From positions 800,001 through 864,000 of the forward strand of contig CBDHHL010000032.1 in assembly GCA_965263355.1 (NCBI GenBank): DNA of 64,000 bases. Direction: 5' to 3'. Positions 33,245 to 47,982 of this stretch are shown here, piece by piece. The stretch is from Leptolyngbyaceae cyanobacterium. GTDB lineage: Bacteria; Cyanobacteriota; Cyanobacteriia; Phormidesmidales; Phormidesmidaceae. Numbering within the stretch: position 1 is the stretch's first letter; the number at the start of each line of letters is the position of its first letter. Below the pieces are notes generated by a model. That model saw nothing but the letters and a program-made list of their open reading frames with translations, had not been told where the DNA came from and did not search any database. Position numbers and translations under genes: made by a program.

Positions 33245-33734
33245 CTATTGTTTAGTTCCAATAGTCAACAAAATAAGACTTTCCAAACAGTCATAGGCCA
33301 TTACATCTGCTGGGGTTTGTTCAGATGGATAAGGGAACTGCTCTTGCCTCCACATCCCTTAACCAACTACGCATTTTTTCCAAACCGCCCTTGTTGAGAG
33401 GTTTCTTCAAAGCAGCCCACCAAACTGATCCATCACAAGTCACTATACGTTGAGACAATCGCTGAAACTGAACCCCTAGCTGTTTTTTCCCCGTCCCCTC
33501 ACTCGGTAAACTCATATTAATATGCGACTCAGCGATGAGCACTGGATCAGGATGTTTACTGTTTGTTGTCACTGATAAGACAATAGCCACATGCACATAG
33601 CCAGAATGCGTTGCCCACTTCACCACGTGAGCTGGCAAATCAAATGTGGCAAACGCCAACACATTACCAGGTTTAATTTGAGTGCATAAATTTATATAGG
33701 AATCTCCTAGCTGCTTCAAATAAGAATCAGTCAT
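33245..33734 (-). pseudogene. Permuted papain-like (NlpC/P60, YiiX-like) gene, frameshifted with apparent internal deletion
   Basis: N-terminal PGNVLAF...THSGYVHVAIV...IAESH. After VP the frame shifts to PSEQTPADVMAYDCL...*, and no FCSE-like catalytic segment is present. Confidence 0.55.
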
Positions 33735-33814
33735 AATCTACAGGCAGTGTTATCCAATACCCGTAATGGTAAAAGGTTAGAGTTCTCCACAGCAAATTCG
33801 ATAACCCAAAATAT

Positions 33815-33850
33815 AAAAGCGCCTCTTTACAAATCAGTAAAGAGCGCTTT
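33815..33850 (-). terminator. rRNA operon terminator
   Basis: AAAAGCGC-CTCTTTAC...GTAAAGAGCGCTTTT hairpin just 3' of the 5S gene. Confidence 0.75.
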
Positions 33851-33863
33851 TAGTTTATAGGGA

Positions 33864-33981
33864 CCCTGGCACCGAGTTATTTTCACAAGGGGCAACCCCC
33901 TCACTATCTTCACCGCAGGTGCGTTTCACAACCGAGTTCGGGATGGGTCGGAGTGGGACCACACCGCCATTGGCACCAGGA
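33864..33981 (-). rRNA. rrf: 5S rRNA
   Basis: Reverse complement TCCTGGTGCCAATGGCGGTGTGGTCCCACTCCGACCCATCCCGAACTCGG...GCCAGGG. Confidence 0.95.
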
Positions 33982-34097
33982 AAGCTGTAGAGCATAGGAA
34001 TTCTAAATTCTAAATTCCTATAGAGCCCTGAAAGACTGCATAGATTAGTAATATGTCGAATTTACATCGGTAGCTCACTAGAAAACCCATAACTGAT

Positions 34098-36904
<2,807 letters not shown>

Positions 36905-37093
36905 TCTCAGTCGCATACTAAAGGTTCTCTTTTGTCGAACTACCTATTCGACTAATCTATGCAGTTGTCAAGGTTCTCGCTAGACCTAAGTCCAGCAGCT
37001 TATCAAAAGCGACAAGGTGCTGAAATTATTCCCTTCGTCTCACGCCATCGCACAGCACCCCCTCTCAGAATGCTACGCTTAACAACGCTAATT

Positions 37094-37169
37094 TGGTGGA
37101 GGTAAGCGGACTCGAACCGCTGACATCCTGCTTGCAAAGCAGGCGCTCTACCAACTGAGCTATACCCCC
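37094..37169 (-). tRNA. tRNA-Ala(TGC), CCA encoded
   Basis: GGGGGTATAGCTCAGTTGGTAGAGCGCCTGCTTTGCAAGCAGG...TACCTCCACCA. Confidence 0.97.
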
Positions 37170-37176
37170 ATCCCAG

Positions 37177-37250
<74 letters not shown>

Positions 37251-37375
37251 CAATACTCTCATCGAGTAATGAACCTAAACAATAGCTTGAGATTCCTTAA
37301 TCCTGTTTACGACCTAGAGTGACCAAGCCCTCTCCGATTAACTTATTTGCGGAGTAGAACTGGTTGGTCTCCCTG

Positions 37376-38861
<1,486 letters not shown>

Positions 38862-39099
38862 ATCATCAACTCATCTACATACATAAACAAATTGACAACC
38901 GTTGTTAAGTAATTCTCCTGATACTCAGCTTCCTAAGTATCCGGTCGTTTGACATCCATTACACACTCGTGATAGCGTATAACCAATTTCAAACTTAAGA
39001 AATTAACAGGATTTCGTCTAGAATCTCAAACTATTTATTTGTCTAGGTTCTACGCCCCACTCGGTGCGATTTAGTCGCCTCCGTGTCGAGCGCTTTACT

Positions 39100-39128
39100 A
39101 ATATAGCGAGGCGTTAGGTCTAAGTCAA
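39100..39128 (-). promoter_or_regulatory. rRNA operon sigma70 promoter
   Basis: Minus strand TTGACT, 17 bp spacer, TATATT. A boxA-like GAACCTAGACAA follows at ~39039-39050. Confidence 0.8.
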
Positions 39129-39447
39129 TACCTCTGGCATTTTTTTTTAGTTTGCCTGAGCTTTCTGCTGTAAAAGGGTTTCAGAGGTTTTTATCAATTT
39201 TTCTTTGACGAACGCTGCATTTTTTTCGTCGTCTTTTATACAGGCTCTTCAGATACCGGGGTTTGATTGCGGACACTAGTTCAGAGTTAGCATTTGTATT
39301 TGATGCGACGGTTTGAGTGCCTTTCCGTACCTGTGGAATTGCTGCTCAACTAATTCTGTAGTCAATTCTGCTGTAGGTACTGGGCTTTTGCCTCACTTCA
39401 GAGGAGAATGTGACAGTTATATATGGATATGAGTCGAGGAAAGTGCG

Positions 39448-40371
39448 GTGAATTTTCAGTCTGTCATTGCTACACTGCATGACTTTTGGTCGGCGCAAGG
39501 ATGTTTGATTGTTCAGCCCTATGACACTGAAAAGGGCGCAGGCACTAAAAGCCCTCACACGTTTTTAAGGGCCATTGGACCAGAACCTTGGTCAGTCGCC
39601 TATGTTGAACCCTGTCGTCGACCGGCAGATGGTCGCTATGGGGAAAACCCTAACCGCTACCAGCACTATTATCAGTACCAGGTTTTGATCAAACCCTCTC
39701 CCAGTAATATTCAAGATCTATACTTAGAATCTCTACGAGCATTGGGCATTAAACCGGAGGATCACGATATTCGGTTTGTGGAGGATAACTGGGAAGATGC
39801 GGCAGTCGGTGCCTGGGGTGTTGGCTGGGAAGTATGGCTTGATGGAATGGAGGTCACTCAGTTCACGTATTTTCAGCAATGCGGTGGATTGGATTGTAAG
39901 CCTGTTTCCATTGAGATTACCTACGGGTTAGAGCGATTGACGATGTATTTGCAAGAGGTTGATGCGATCGCAAAAATCCAATGGAATGACAGCGTTACCT
40001 ATGGCGACGTCCATATGCAGGGTGAGATCGAATGCTCCACGTATAACTTTGAAGCGTCTAACCCAGAGCTATTGTTTAACTTGTTCAACCTATATCAGCA
40101 AGAAGCCGAACAGCTAATGGAGCGTGAGCTAGTATTGCCTGCCTATGACTTTGTGCTCAAATGCTCCCACACCTTTAATTTATTAGATGCTCGCGGAGTC
40201 ATCTCTGTGACTGAACGCACCCGCTATATTCGTCAGGTGCGAGCCCTTGCGCGCAAGGTAGCTCAACTCTATTACGAGCAACGCGAAAAACTAGGTTTTC
40301 CACTCTTAAATAATGACGATGGGCAAAGTTTGCCGGATACAATCCATAAAGAAAATGCCGTACCTGCCTAA
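39448..40371 (+). CDS. glyQ: Glycine--tRNA ligase alpha subunit
   Basis: [38 protein letters not shown] and EITYGLER. Confidence 0.98.
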   Translation: MNFQSVIATLHDFWSAQGCLIVQPYDTEKGAGTKSPHTFLRAIGPEPWSVAYVEPCRRPADGRYGENPNRYQHYYQYQVLIKPSPSNIQDLYLESLRALGIKPEDHDIRFVEDNWEDAAVGAWGVGWEVWLDGMEVTQFTYFQQCGGLDCKPVSIEITYGLERLTMYLQEVDAIAKIQWNDSVTYGDVHMQGEIECSTYNFEASNPELLFNLFNLYQQEAEQLMERELVLPAYDFVLKCSHTFNLLDARGVISVTERTRYIRQVRALARKVAQLYYEQREKLGFPLLNNDDGQSLPDTIHKENAVPA

Positions 40372-40410
40372 AATAAAGGCAGAGAACAGACGCGTTAGGG
40401 ATATCCAATC

Positions 40411-40902
40411 ATGGCCTCTAGTTTAAGAGCGTATTTAGAACCGATTGCCAACTGGTTTGCCCAGTTTGGTTTGCCAGAACCCATTACCCACTGGGGCCAT
40501 CCTGTCATGATGGCAATTGTTGTTTTTGCTATGGGCAGCAGTGCCGCGATTGCTGGCTGGAAAATTCGTACCGGTGATGATCCACAGGCAACCATGGGTT
40601 CAATGCCCGTGCGGAAATTTCATAAGAAAGTAGCGTTGTGGATGACAACATTTATTGCCATGGGATACACTGGTGGTCTTTTGTCATTAGTGATGCAAGG
40701 CCAACCTATTCTAGAAAGTCCTCACTTCTGGACGGGTTCTGCCGTACTAGGCCTTTTAGGTCTAAATGGTGCGATCTCGATGAGTAAGTTTGGTGGCGGT
40801 CAAGATTCCTTAAGGAGTGCCCATGCCTATATTGGTACAGCTGCTTTAGCACTGATGGTGGTACATGCTGCTCTTGGTTTGAAACTTGGACTATCAATTT
40901 AA
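40411..40902 (+). CDS. DUF4079-like membrane protein
   Basis: HWGHPVMM, ESPHFWTG and HAYIG; four TM helices with His residues. Confidence 0.8.
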   Translation: MASSLRAYLEPIANWFAQFGLPEPITHWGHPVMMAIVVFAMGSSAAIAGWKIRTGDDPQATMGSMPVRKFHKKVALWMTTFIAMGYTGGLLSLVMQGQPILESPHFWTGSAVLGLLGLNGAISMSKFGGGQDSLRSAHAYIGTAALALMVVHAALGLKLGLSI

Positions 40903-40942
40903 GCCATAGTCTCTCTCACTTACGGCAACTGGGGAACGATAC

Positions 40943-40977
40943 AAAAAGCGCTGATCCTAATTAGGACAGCGCTTTTT
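40943..40977 (+). terminator. Intrinsic terminator
   Basis: AAAAAGCGCTG-atcctaattagga-CAGCGCTTTTT. Confidence 0.7.
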
Positions 40978-40999
40978 GTATTGTCTTTTGCTATCTACT

Positions 41000-42508
41000 A
41001 TGACACCTTGGGGACCTATCGTTATTGGTCTGGGCTATATTCTGGGGCTGCTGTCTACGGGCATTACCCTAGGTTCCGTAAGTTACCCCGTGGCCAGCTA
41101 CTGCCTATTTATCCTTGGCCTCATCGTTAGTTTTTGGATACCGCGACACTGGAGACTGGGACCAACCAGTCGTCAATGGCTATTGGCTACAGTCATCAGC
41201 CTGGTAGGTGCAGCCTACTGCCTGTGGCGCATCCCTCAACCTGCCGTTGATGATGTCGGTCGGTATGCGCCTGGTAACTATAGCGTCTATGGCGAAATTA
41301 CGTCACTTCCCCAGGTGAACCGTAGTGGCAAGGGAAAATTTTGGCTCAATACCCATGGTATTCAAAATCGTGCTGAAGATGCAGATTTTATCAGTCGCCA
41401 ACCCGCTAGTGGCAAGCTGTATGTGACGGCACCACTACCCACAACGAAAGACCTGTATCCGGGACAGATGATTAAAGTTACCGGTCGACTGTATGAACCT
41501 AGCCCCCCTAAGGCTTCAGGAGAATTTGACTTTCAAGCGTATCTGGCTAAACAAGGTAGTTTTGCTGGGCTCAGCGCTCGCTATATAGATGAACTGCCAA
41601 ACACAGATCATCCCCAACCTGGTCTATGGCAAGTACGACAGCGCATCGTTAATGCCCAAGGTCGCTGGATTGGGGACAACGGTGCTCTAATCAGCGCCAT
41701 GGTATTAGGGCGACGAGCGGTGGATTTGCCCTACGATCTAAGAGATGCATTTATTGCAGCAGGTTTGGCGCATACGTTAGCGGCATCTGGTTTTCATGTT
41801 GCGCTGGTGTTAGGGTTAGTGCTCACATGCTTAAACTGGCAGCCCGCACGTACCCAGGCCATTGGCGGCAGCGTTGCTCTACTTATATATGTAGGACTAA
41901 CGGGGCTGCAGCCTAGTGTGATGCGGGCAGCCATTATGGGGTTTGGGGCTATGTTGGGATTAGCCTTAGAACGTAAGGTAAAACCATTGGCCTGTTTAGG
42001 TCTGGCCGCATTTTTATTATTGGTTTGGAATCCGCGCTGGATTTGGGATATTGGGTTCCAGCTGAGTGTGACGGCCACTTTAGGTTTGATGGTGACGGCT
42101 ACGGCCTTAGCCAAACGATTAGACTGGATGCCGGGTGCGATCGCAACTCTTCTATCAGTCCCCATCGCCGCCTATATTTGGACCTTACCACTGCAGCTGT
42201 ATCACTTTGGCATCGTGCCGTCCTATAGTGTTGTGCTAAATATCTTGGCTACACCTTTGGTGACGGTGGTGAGCCTGGGTGGCTTTATTAGTGCTATGTT
42301 GAGTCTGATTTGGCCATGGGCGGGGAGTGCGATCGCATGGCTCCTGGCAATTCCAGTACAGCTCTTGATCAGCTTAGTTAATTTATTTAACCAGCTGCCA
42401 GGAAATCAGTTAACCATCGGAAATATATCTGTCTGGCTCGTAGTCTTAAGCTATAGCCTCTACGGTGTCATTACCATTTGGCTAGCTGGCCGCAATCGGG
42501 CAGTCTAG
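41000..42508 (+). CDS. comEC: ComEC/Rec2 competence protein (no C-terminal beta-lactamase domain)
   Basis: FDFQAYL, AGLAHTLAASGFHV, PSVMRAAIM and GFQLS. Confidence 0.9.
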   Translation: MTPWGPIVIGLGYILGLLSTGITLGSVSYPVASYCLFILGLIVSFWIPRHWRLGPTSRQWLLATVISLVGAAYCLWRIPQPAVDDVGRYAPGNYSVYGEITSLPQVNRSGKGKFWLNTHGIQNRAEDADFISRQPASGKLYVTAPLPTTKDLYPGQMIKVTGRLYEPSPPKASGEFDFQAYLAKQGSFAGLSARYIDELPNTDHPQPGLWQVRQRIVNAQGRWIGDNGALISAMVLGRRAVDLPYDLRDAFIAAGLAHTLAASGFHVALVLGLVLTCLNWQPARTQAIGGSVALLIYVGLTGLQPSVMRAAIMGFGAMLGLALERKVKPLACLGLAAFLLLVWNPRWIWDIGFQLSVTATLGLMVTATALAKRLDWMPGAIATLLSVPIAAYIWTLPLQLYHFGIVPSYSVVLNILATPLVTVVSLGGFISAMLSLIWPWAGSAIAWLLAIPVQLLISLVNLFNQLPGNQLTIGNISVWLVVLSYSLYGVITIWLAGRNRAV

Positions 42509-42580
42509 GTCTGAAATGTGCACCTCAGTGTAGAATAAACAAGCCTAAAAACATGGGCGACTTAACTTAATAGGCCCCTT

Positions 42581-42658
42581 GGAGAGGTGGCAGAGTGGTT
42601 GAATGCGGCAGGCCGAAATCTATTATGGGCTTTAGTTTATCGAGGGTTCGAATCATCC
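42581..42658 (+). pseudogene. Degenerate copy of tRNA-Ser(CGA), att-like left island boundary
   Basis: First 31 nt identical to the tRNA at 48979. The remainder is diverged (1-nt deletion in the anticodon arm, substitutions) and the 3' acceptor strand is absent. Confidence 0.85.
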
Positions 42659-42745
42659 TTTTCAATTTTAATTAAGGAATAAAACCTTAAAAGGTTAGGG
42701 GTAAGTCCGTTAGCATAGACCCACACCCACACATTAAACGGTCTT

Positions 42746-43000
42746 ATGACCAGCATTATCCTTAACCTTCCCGATACCGCTTTCTCAGCTTTACGTAAAA
42801 CACCTGAGGAATTTGCCCAGGAAATGCGCATCGCTGCCGCTGTCAAATGGTACGAACTGGAGCAAGTTTCTCAAGGCAAAGCTGCTGAAATCGCAGGACT
42901 TACCCGTGCTGACTTCATTCAGGCACTTTCCCGGTACCATGCTTCTCCTTTCCAGTACACCGAAGCTGATTTAATCCAAGAGCTCAGTAATGCCGATTAA
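42746..43000 (+). CDS. UPF0175 family protein (putative antitoxin)
   Basis: EMRIAAAVKWYE...VSQGKAAEIAGLTRADF. Confidence 0.88.
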   Translation: MTSIILNLPDTAFSALRKTPEEFAQEMRIAAAVKWYELEQVSQGKAAEIAGLTRADFIQALSRYHASPFQYTEADLIQELSNAD

Positions 43001-43475
43001 ACAGGTCATCATCAATGCATCTCCTCTGATTACCCTCTACAAAAGCCAGCTCGCTGAACTGTTACCCCAGCTATTCGATCAGGTAAATATCCCTCCTGCC
43101 GTATGGCGTGAAGTGACTGCTTGCAAAGAGGACATTGCAGCCCAAAGCTTACCTCAAGCTAATTGGGCCAACCAACTAGAAGCCATCACTATCGACCCAA
43201 AAGTATTGGCCTGGGATCTTGGAGCTGGTGAATCAGAAGTCATCAGCTATGCCCTGACTCACCCTGATTACACGGCTCTCCTTGATGATGCCGCCGCTCG
43301 CCGCTGTGCTGTGAGCCTCAAAATTCCTACTTTAGGAACAGGCGGGATGATCGTACTTGCAAAACGCAGAGGCATCATTTCATCTGTTGAAGAACCGATT
43401 CAATCGCTTCAAAACGCTGGTCTATGGCTTTCTGAGAGTTTAATCCAATTGCTTAAACAACAAGCTGGGGAATAA
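42990..43475 (+). CDS. DUF3368 PIN-like protein (putative toxin)
   Basis: VIINASPLI, LGAGESEVI, LLDDAAARR and GTGG. Overlaps the UPF0175 gene. Confidence 0.88.
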   Translation: MPIKQVIINASPLITLYKSQLAELLPQLFDQVNIPPAVWREVTACKEDIAAQSLPQANWANQLEAITIDPKVLAWDLGAGESEVISYALTHPDYTALLDDAAARRCAVSLKIPTLGTGGMIVLAKRRGIISSVEEPIQSLQNAGLWLSESLIQLLKQQAGE

Positions 43476-43651
43476 GGGAAAATCTCTTGCGAGACTTTCA
43501 GAGTTGTTTCTTTTGAATTGAGTCTTTGCTCTTGCACTAGAGGAAAAGAAATTGTTGCGAAGAATAGTCTTGAAAGACAAGTGGAGAAGACTAGTGAGCG
43601 AATTTAGCTAGAGAAAAAGAAAATGGAGATGATTCACTTACAGATAAAGAC

Positions 43652-44209
43652 TCAGGAATGAAAGTAGAGATCTTTTGAGAAAGGCTTACCTCTAGATATT
43701 TCAACCCCGAAGGTTGGCAAAATCTCTTGGGCTTCCTTGGCCAGGGTAGTTCGTGGCTGACATTGGGTGAGTAAAAGCCTAGCCTTAAGAGTCTCATTAA
43801 TCTCAGATACATTTGCGATCACCTGTTTGATGCCAACAGCGGCCCACATATCAAGGGGTGAGGGGATGATCGGCACTAGCGCCAGGTCAGCGACAAGCAG
43901 GGCACTTTGAGGCACCTGGGAATCTGCCGCTGGTGGGCAGTCGATAATGATAACGCTGTAGTCATTGATGAATTTTCTAACTTCCCGGTGAACCTTTTCG
44001 TTTGCAGCGCTAAGACCCACGACAGAAGCAGGGAAGGGGATATCGTCAGAAGCCGATGCTGCCCAGCGAGTGGCCGTAGCTTGGGGATCGGCGTCAACTA
44101 CCAGTACGCGGTAGCCTCGATGGGCTAGGGTACCGGCTAACTGCATACTCACTGTGGTTTTACCGGAACCTCCCTTTTGATTCGCAACAGTAATTATCTT
44201 GGCTGGCAT
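43652..44209 (-). CDS. ParA-family ATPase, probably C-terminally truncated
   Basis: NQKGGSGKTT, VDADPQ and IIDCPP. Only 185 aa, with an atypical tail after ILPTFGVEI. Confidence 0.8.
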   Translation of the reverse strand: MPAKIITVANQKGGSGKTTVSMQLAGTLAHRGYRVLVVDADPQATATRWAASASDDIPFPASVVGLSAANEKVHREVRKFINDYSVIIIDCPPAADSQVPQSALLVADLALVPIIPSPLDMWAAVGIKQVIANVSEINETLKARLLLTQCQPRTTLAKEAQEILPTFGVEISRGKPFSKDLYFHS

Positions 44210-44347
44210 ATTGGGGCCTTTTCAAAAAAGCAGAAATTGTATAAACGGTTTGTACGATTTATACCGTTAACAAAATTTCCTAAGCCTTAGGGTTATAAGC
44301 GATTCCTGAGGTTCACACCAGGCTATTTTCTCCTTTAAGGAACCCTT

Positions 44348-44749
44348 ATGAAACAGGATATAAAAGCCGCAATGTCCAAGTCGCTTGAGGCTGAAGATCA
44401 TGCTGTGAGGTCCAGATTCGATAAGGCTGACAGTCTATTAGGGCCAAAGCGTAAGGAGACTAAGCGTTCTGAGGGAAAAGCAGAACAAGTGAGGCAGTCT
44501 AAGAAACCGAAACCCTCGAATCCAAAGGTGATCCGCGACAGCTTTAGTTTGCCAAAGGATGACTATGGGCTACTCAAAGATTTGCAGAAGCGGTGTTTGG
44601 GGTTGGCTCAAAGTGTCAATAAAAGTGAGCTGGTCAGAGCTGGCTTACATGCCTTGGTTAAGATGTCCGATGCTGAGCTAGTAAAGGCCCTGGGCAACTT
44701 GAAAAAGGTAAAGACAGGAAGACCATCTGGTCGAAAAATATCTGGCTAG
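44348..44749 (+). CDS. Small ParA-associated basic protein
   Basis: KVIRDSFSLPKDDY...NKSELVRAGL...KTGRP, a motif I recall from proteins next to plasmid-type parA. Confidence 0.75.
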   Translation: MKQDIKAAMSKSLEAEDHAVRSRFDKADSLLGPKRKETKRSEGKAEQVRQSKKPKPSNPKVIRDSFSLPKDDYGLLKDLQKRCLGLAQSVNKSELVRAGLHALVKMSDAELVKALGNLKKVKTGRPSGRKISG

Positions 44750-45057
44750 AGATCATAAAACTGATAGGTAAGTAAATGACCATAAATAGACGTAGCTCTG
44801 AATCGCCGAGATGCCTGTCTGACAGAGTTTGAAATATTACATAGTATTGGCAACCTACTTATCTTTTCCCTGACTATTCAAACTGACATGTAGAAAGAGT
44901 CGATCAAAAGTTCAGCGTATACATGCACATTATGCACAATTAGCAACAAAGTACATTTCAATATGACCTCCAAGAAAATAGGTCATAACTAATTATTTTC
45001 TTGAAATCAAAATTTGTTTAGTCGAGAATCGACTCAGACTTCTCTGAGTCTGCAAGA

Positions 45058-46431
45058 TCAAGAGAATGGAAATCCGAGTGAACGAAGAGCGAGTTTGACG
45101 ACCTCTTTGACCACATCACTAACAGTGGCTTCAGCAAGAGATTGCCCCCATTTCAAAAGATTACTTTTTATCGCCTCATTGCTCTGTGCCTGAGTAGCTA
45201 TCTCCTCAGCAACTTTTTTCGTAGCTACATCAACACTCCTCTCCTCATTTCCTTCTCTCTGAGCCTGCTGAACTAACTCTTGGATGTAGGGCGCTGCCTG
45301 AGTTAAGTCTTGGCTCGCATTCATATTATTGATTATCGTTACAGAGCCAATCGAGAAATTACTGTTTTCTATTCCCTGATATCTCACTGATTTAGTTGTT
45401 TTCCTTCTCTTCAAGAATTTAACAAGAATGAGAAAAACAGCTACAATAGCTGCCACTGAAAGGAAGATTGCGAAAACATTTTTCGGCTCGAAAACATTTG
45501 TTTCACCAAATTCATACTGAGCAAGCTTTTCCCGTTCATTTTCCAGAAATCTTTGCTTATTTAATATTTTATTGGTTAACCTGAGTAGCTCAAGGGAGTA
45601 TTGCTCATTTTCACCTTCGTTAGAAATCGCTATTGAATAACTTTCAGACTTACCTAAAAGATAACCCGCTTCATCGGGAAACAAAACATAATCCTGTTCC
45701 TTAAATGGCTTACCACCTCCAACACCGTTTTCCATTAAAACACGAAGAATTATGCCATCACTAGCGTATGCCTGCACATCATTTTTTTCTAAGGCATCTA
45801 GCAACAGGTCTCTAGTATCGTATCTGTAAACGCTATAATTCGAGCTTTTAAGCCTATCCAAAGTTGTTGTTTCGACAATGGCACCAATCTCAACTGCTTG
45901 TTTTATAAACTCTAGAGTCTCCAAAGAATCTTGAGATTGATCAGCAAGGTACTGTTCAAAGGTCTCTCTTTTAAGTAGCAACTTTATGCCAGTTTCGTAA
46001 AATGCTACATCAGAAAAAATGATTTCATCATTTTCTATAACCTGTGCCGAATTAGGGCCGCACTGCATATCCAGCCTATTCCTAGGATCATCTGTTAGCA
46101 AAGACCCCCATCGGGGATACTTGGTGCCTTGATAATCGTTCGCAATTCTACGATAGATAACTTTGGCATTTTCATTGCTTTGCTGCAGTTCTCTTTCTAA
46201 AGCTTGCCCAAAGGTATGACAGAAGCCACTCCATACATCGTTGTTCCCCTCCGCTCGAACGCTACCAATTGGAGGTACTGTGGTTCGAACCCCTAACCTG
46301 ACTTCATTAGGTAAGGGTTGAGATACAACTTGAGGATGGACAAAAACACAACTTAGAACTGCTAAACATGTAGCCAATCGAAATCTGCACTTACTCAGTT
46401 TGAAATCAGACAAAAGTATAGAAAACGACAT
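45058..46431 (-). CDS. Amino-acid-type substrate-binding domain + TM helix + cytoplasmic helical tail
   Basis: VRLGVRTTVPPIG, GFCHTF, DMQCGPNS, FYETGIKLL and AYASDGIIL; TM AIFLSVAAIVAVFLILV. Start uncertain (up to 46536). Confidence 0.75.
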   Translation of the reverse strand: MSFSILLSDFKLSKCRFRLATCLAVLSCVFVHPQVVSQPLPNEVRLGVRTTVPPIGSVRAEGNNDVWSGFCHTFGQALERELQQSNENAKVIYRRIANDYQGTKYPRWGSLLTDDPRNRLDMQCGPNSAQVIENDEIIFSDVAFYETGIKLLLKRETFEQYLADQSQDSLETLEFIKQAVEIGAIVETTTLDRLKSSNYSVYRYDTRDLLLDALEKNDVQAYASDGIILRVLMENGVGGGKPFKEQDYVLFPDEAGYLLGKSESYSIAISNEGENEQYSLELLRLTNKILNKQRFLENEREKLAQYEFGETNVFEPKNVFAIFLSVAAIVAVFLILVKFLKRRKTTKSVRYQGIENSNFSIGSVTIINNMNASQDLTQAAPYIQELVQQAQREGNEERSVDVATKKVAEEIATQAQSNEAIKSNLLKWGQSLAEATVSDVVKEVVKLALRSLGFPFS

Positions 46432-46881
46432 ACAAGGACCGAACACACCAAAGTTTAAACCCCTTTCAGATTTCGTTGAATAAAGGAACCATCGAACATG
46501 TGAACACCCTTGGCGTTTCTTTGAGATGGCTTTCAACTAGATTCGCTATGTTTTAGACATACTGAATATGCATAGACTAAATATCCTAATTCATAAAATC
46601 AAACAAAAAGTGCCGCAAGCTACCTTAAGTTAGGTAAATACACTATTATTCTTAGTATAGTACAATAATTTTTGATAGATTGGAGAGCTGATCACTTGAT
46701 ACTGATGGGGACGCTTTTTTCAGGTGAATCATTTACACTTTTGAACTCATTTCAGTTTAGATTGAGTATGTAACAACTTAATAATCTTAATTCTCTCAAT
46801 TCAAATGCGAATAGTCAGTTTTTTAAATTGTTATATCCCTGACCTTAGGAGAAGTGAGACTAGTTCAACTACTTAAGAATC

Positions 46882-47787
46882 ATGATTCTAAATCGTCGAT
46901 TTTGCATTGCCATTACTTTGTTGTTTACAGCTTCAATAACACAATCGTGTGTTGGCAGATTGTTTTCAACTCATCCAACAATAAAGATTGGATCAAAAGA
47001 GTTTACTGAACAGTATTTACTGGGTCACATGTTTGAAATTGCTCTTGATAATGCTGGCTACGTTGCTGATTATCAGTCTGTCGGCAGTAGTGAGGAAAAC
47101 CACAACGCTTTAGTTTCGGGCGAAATCGATTTGTACCCTGAATATACTGGAACAGCATTTATAGTTCATTTAAAGCAAACCTATAAGTCCACAATGTCCG
47201 CAGCAGATGTGTATGAAAAGGTAGCGTCTGAGTATGCCAAACAATTCAATATAGTTCTACTAGCACCCGCCTCTTTTAACAATACATATGCTCTAGTAAT
47301 GCGAAAAGATAAAGCTCAAAAATTAAACGTTGCCACAATAAGTGAGCTTTCTGATAAAACTGACAAACTTACTTTAGGTACCGACCTGGAATTTCTTGAT
47401 CGCAATGATGGCCTATCTGCATTGCAGGAGTTTTACGGAGGGCTTGATTTTGAAAAAGTTAAATCTCTAACACCTGATTTGCTCTATACCGGACTTGATA
47501 GCGGTGAATTTGATGTAACTACAGGTTATACAACTGATGGTCAGATTTCTGCGCTAGATCTACTAGTACTTGAAGACAATAAACAGTTCTGGCCACCCTA
47601 CAGAGTTGCTCCTTTTATTCGCCAAGAGGTCATAGACACCAACCCAGAAATAATTAACGTGATTAACAGTGTCACTAGCCTTTTAGATGACAAAACTATG
47701 AGTGTCCTTAATTGGGAAGTAGCAGGAAATGGTCGTGATCCAGAAGAAGTAGCTCGTGACTTCTTGGAGGAGCAGGGGATACTGTAA
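46882..47787 (+). CDS. Glycine betaine/osmoprotectant ABC substrate-binding lipoprotein (OpuAC/OsmF-like), orphan
   Basis: IGSKEFTEQ, IDLYPEYTGT, FNNTYAL, TTDGQI and LEDNKQFWPPY. Confidence 0.9.
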   Translation: MILNRRFCIAITLLFTASITQSCVGRLFSTHPTIKIGSKEFTEQYLLGHMFEIALDNAGYVADYQSVGSSEENHNALVSGEIDLYPEYTGTAFIVHLKQTYKSTMSAADVYEKVASEYAKQFNIVLLAPASFNNTYALVMRKDKAQKLNVATISELSDKTDKLTLGTDLEFLDRNDGLSALQEFYGGLDFEKVKSLTPDLLYTGLDSGEFDVTTGYTTDGQISALDLLVLEDNKQFWPPYRVAPFIRQEVIDTNPEIINVINSVTSLLDDKTMSVLNWEVAGNGRDPEEVARDFLEEQGIL

Positions 47788-47982
47788 AGGTGATTTTAAG
47801 CCTTACCTAGGAAAGTTAATAAATTTGTTCTTTGTAGGAAATCAGATATTTATCTCAGCAATCTAACCTGGACGAAGACGTCATTGCACATGAAATGACT
47901 AGTGTTTCAATGAATTAATTGCATACCTTGATAAAAGGTCGAGACTCGATTGTCCTACAAGAAATTAGGTAAATTCAAATGT

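Noticed and set aside
43500..43660. Plus-strand coiled-coil-like fragment (EIVAKNSLERQVEKTSERI*LEKKKMEM)
   Set aside because: Short, interrupted and without a recognisable family; cannot be supported
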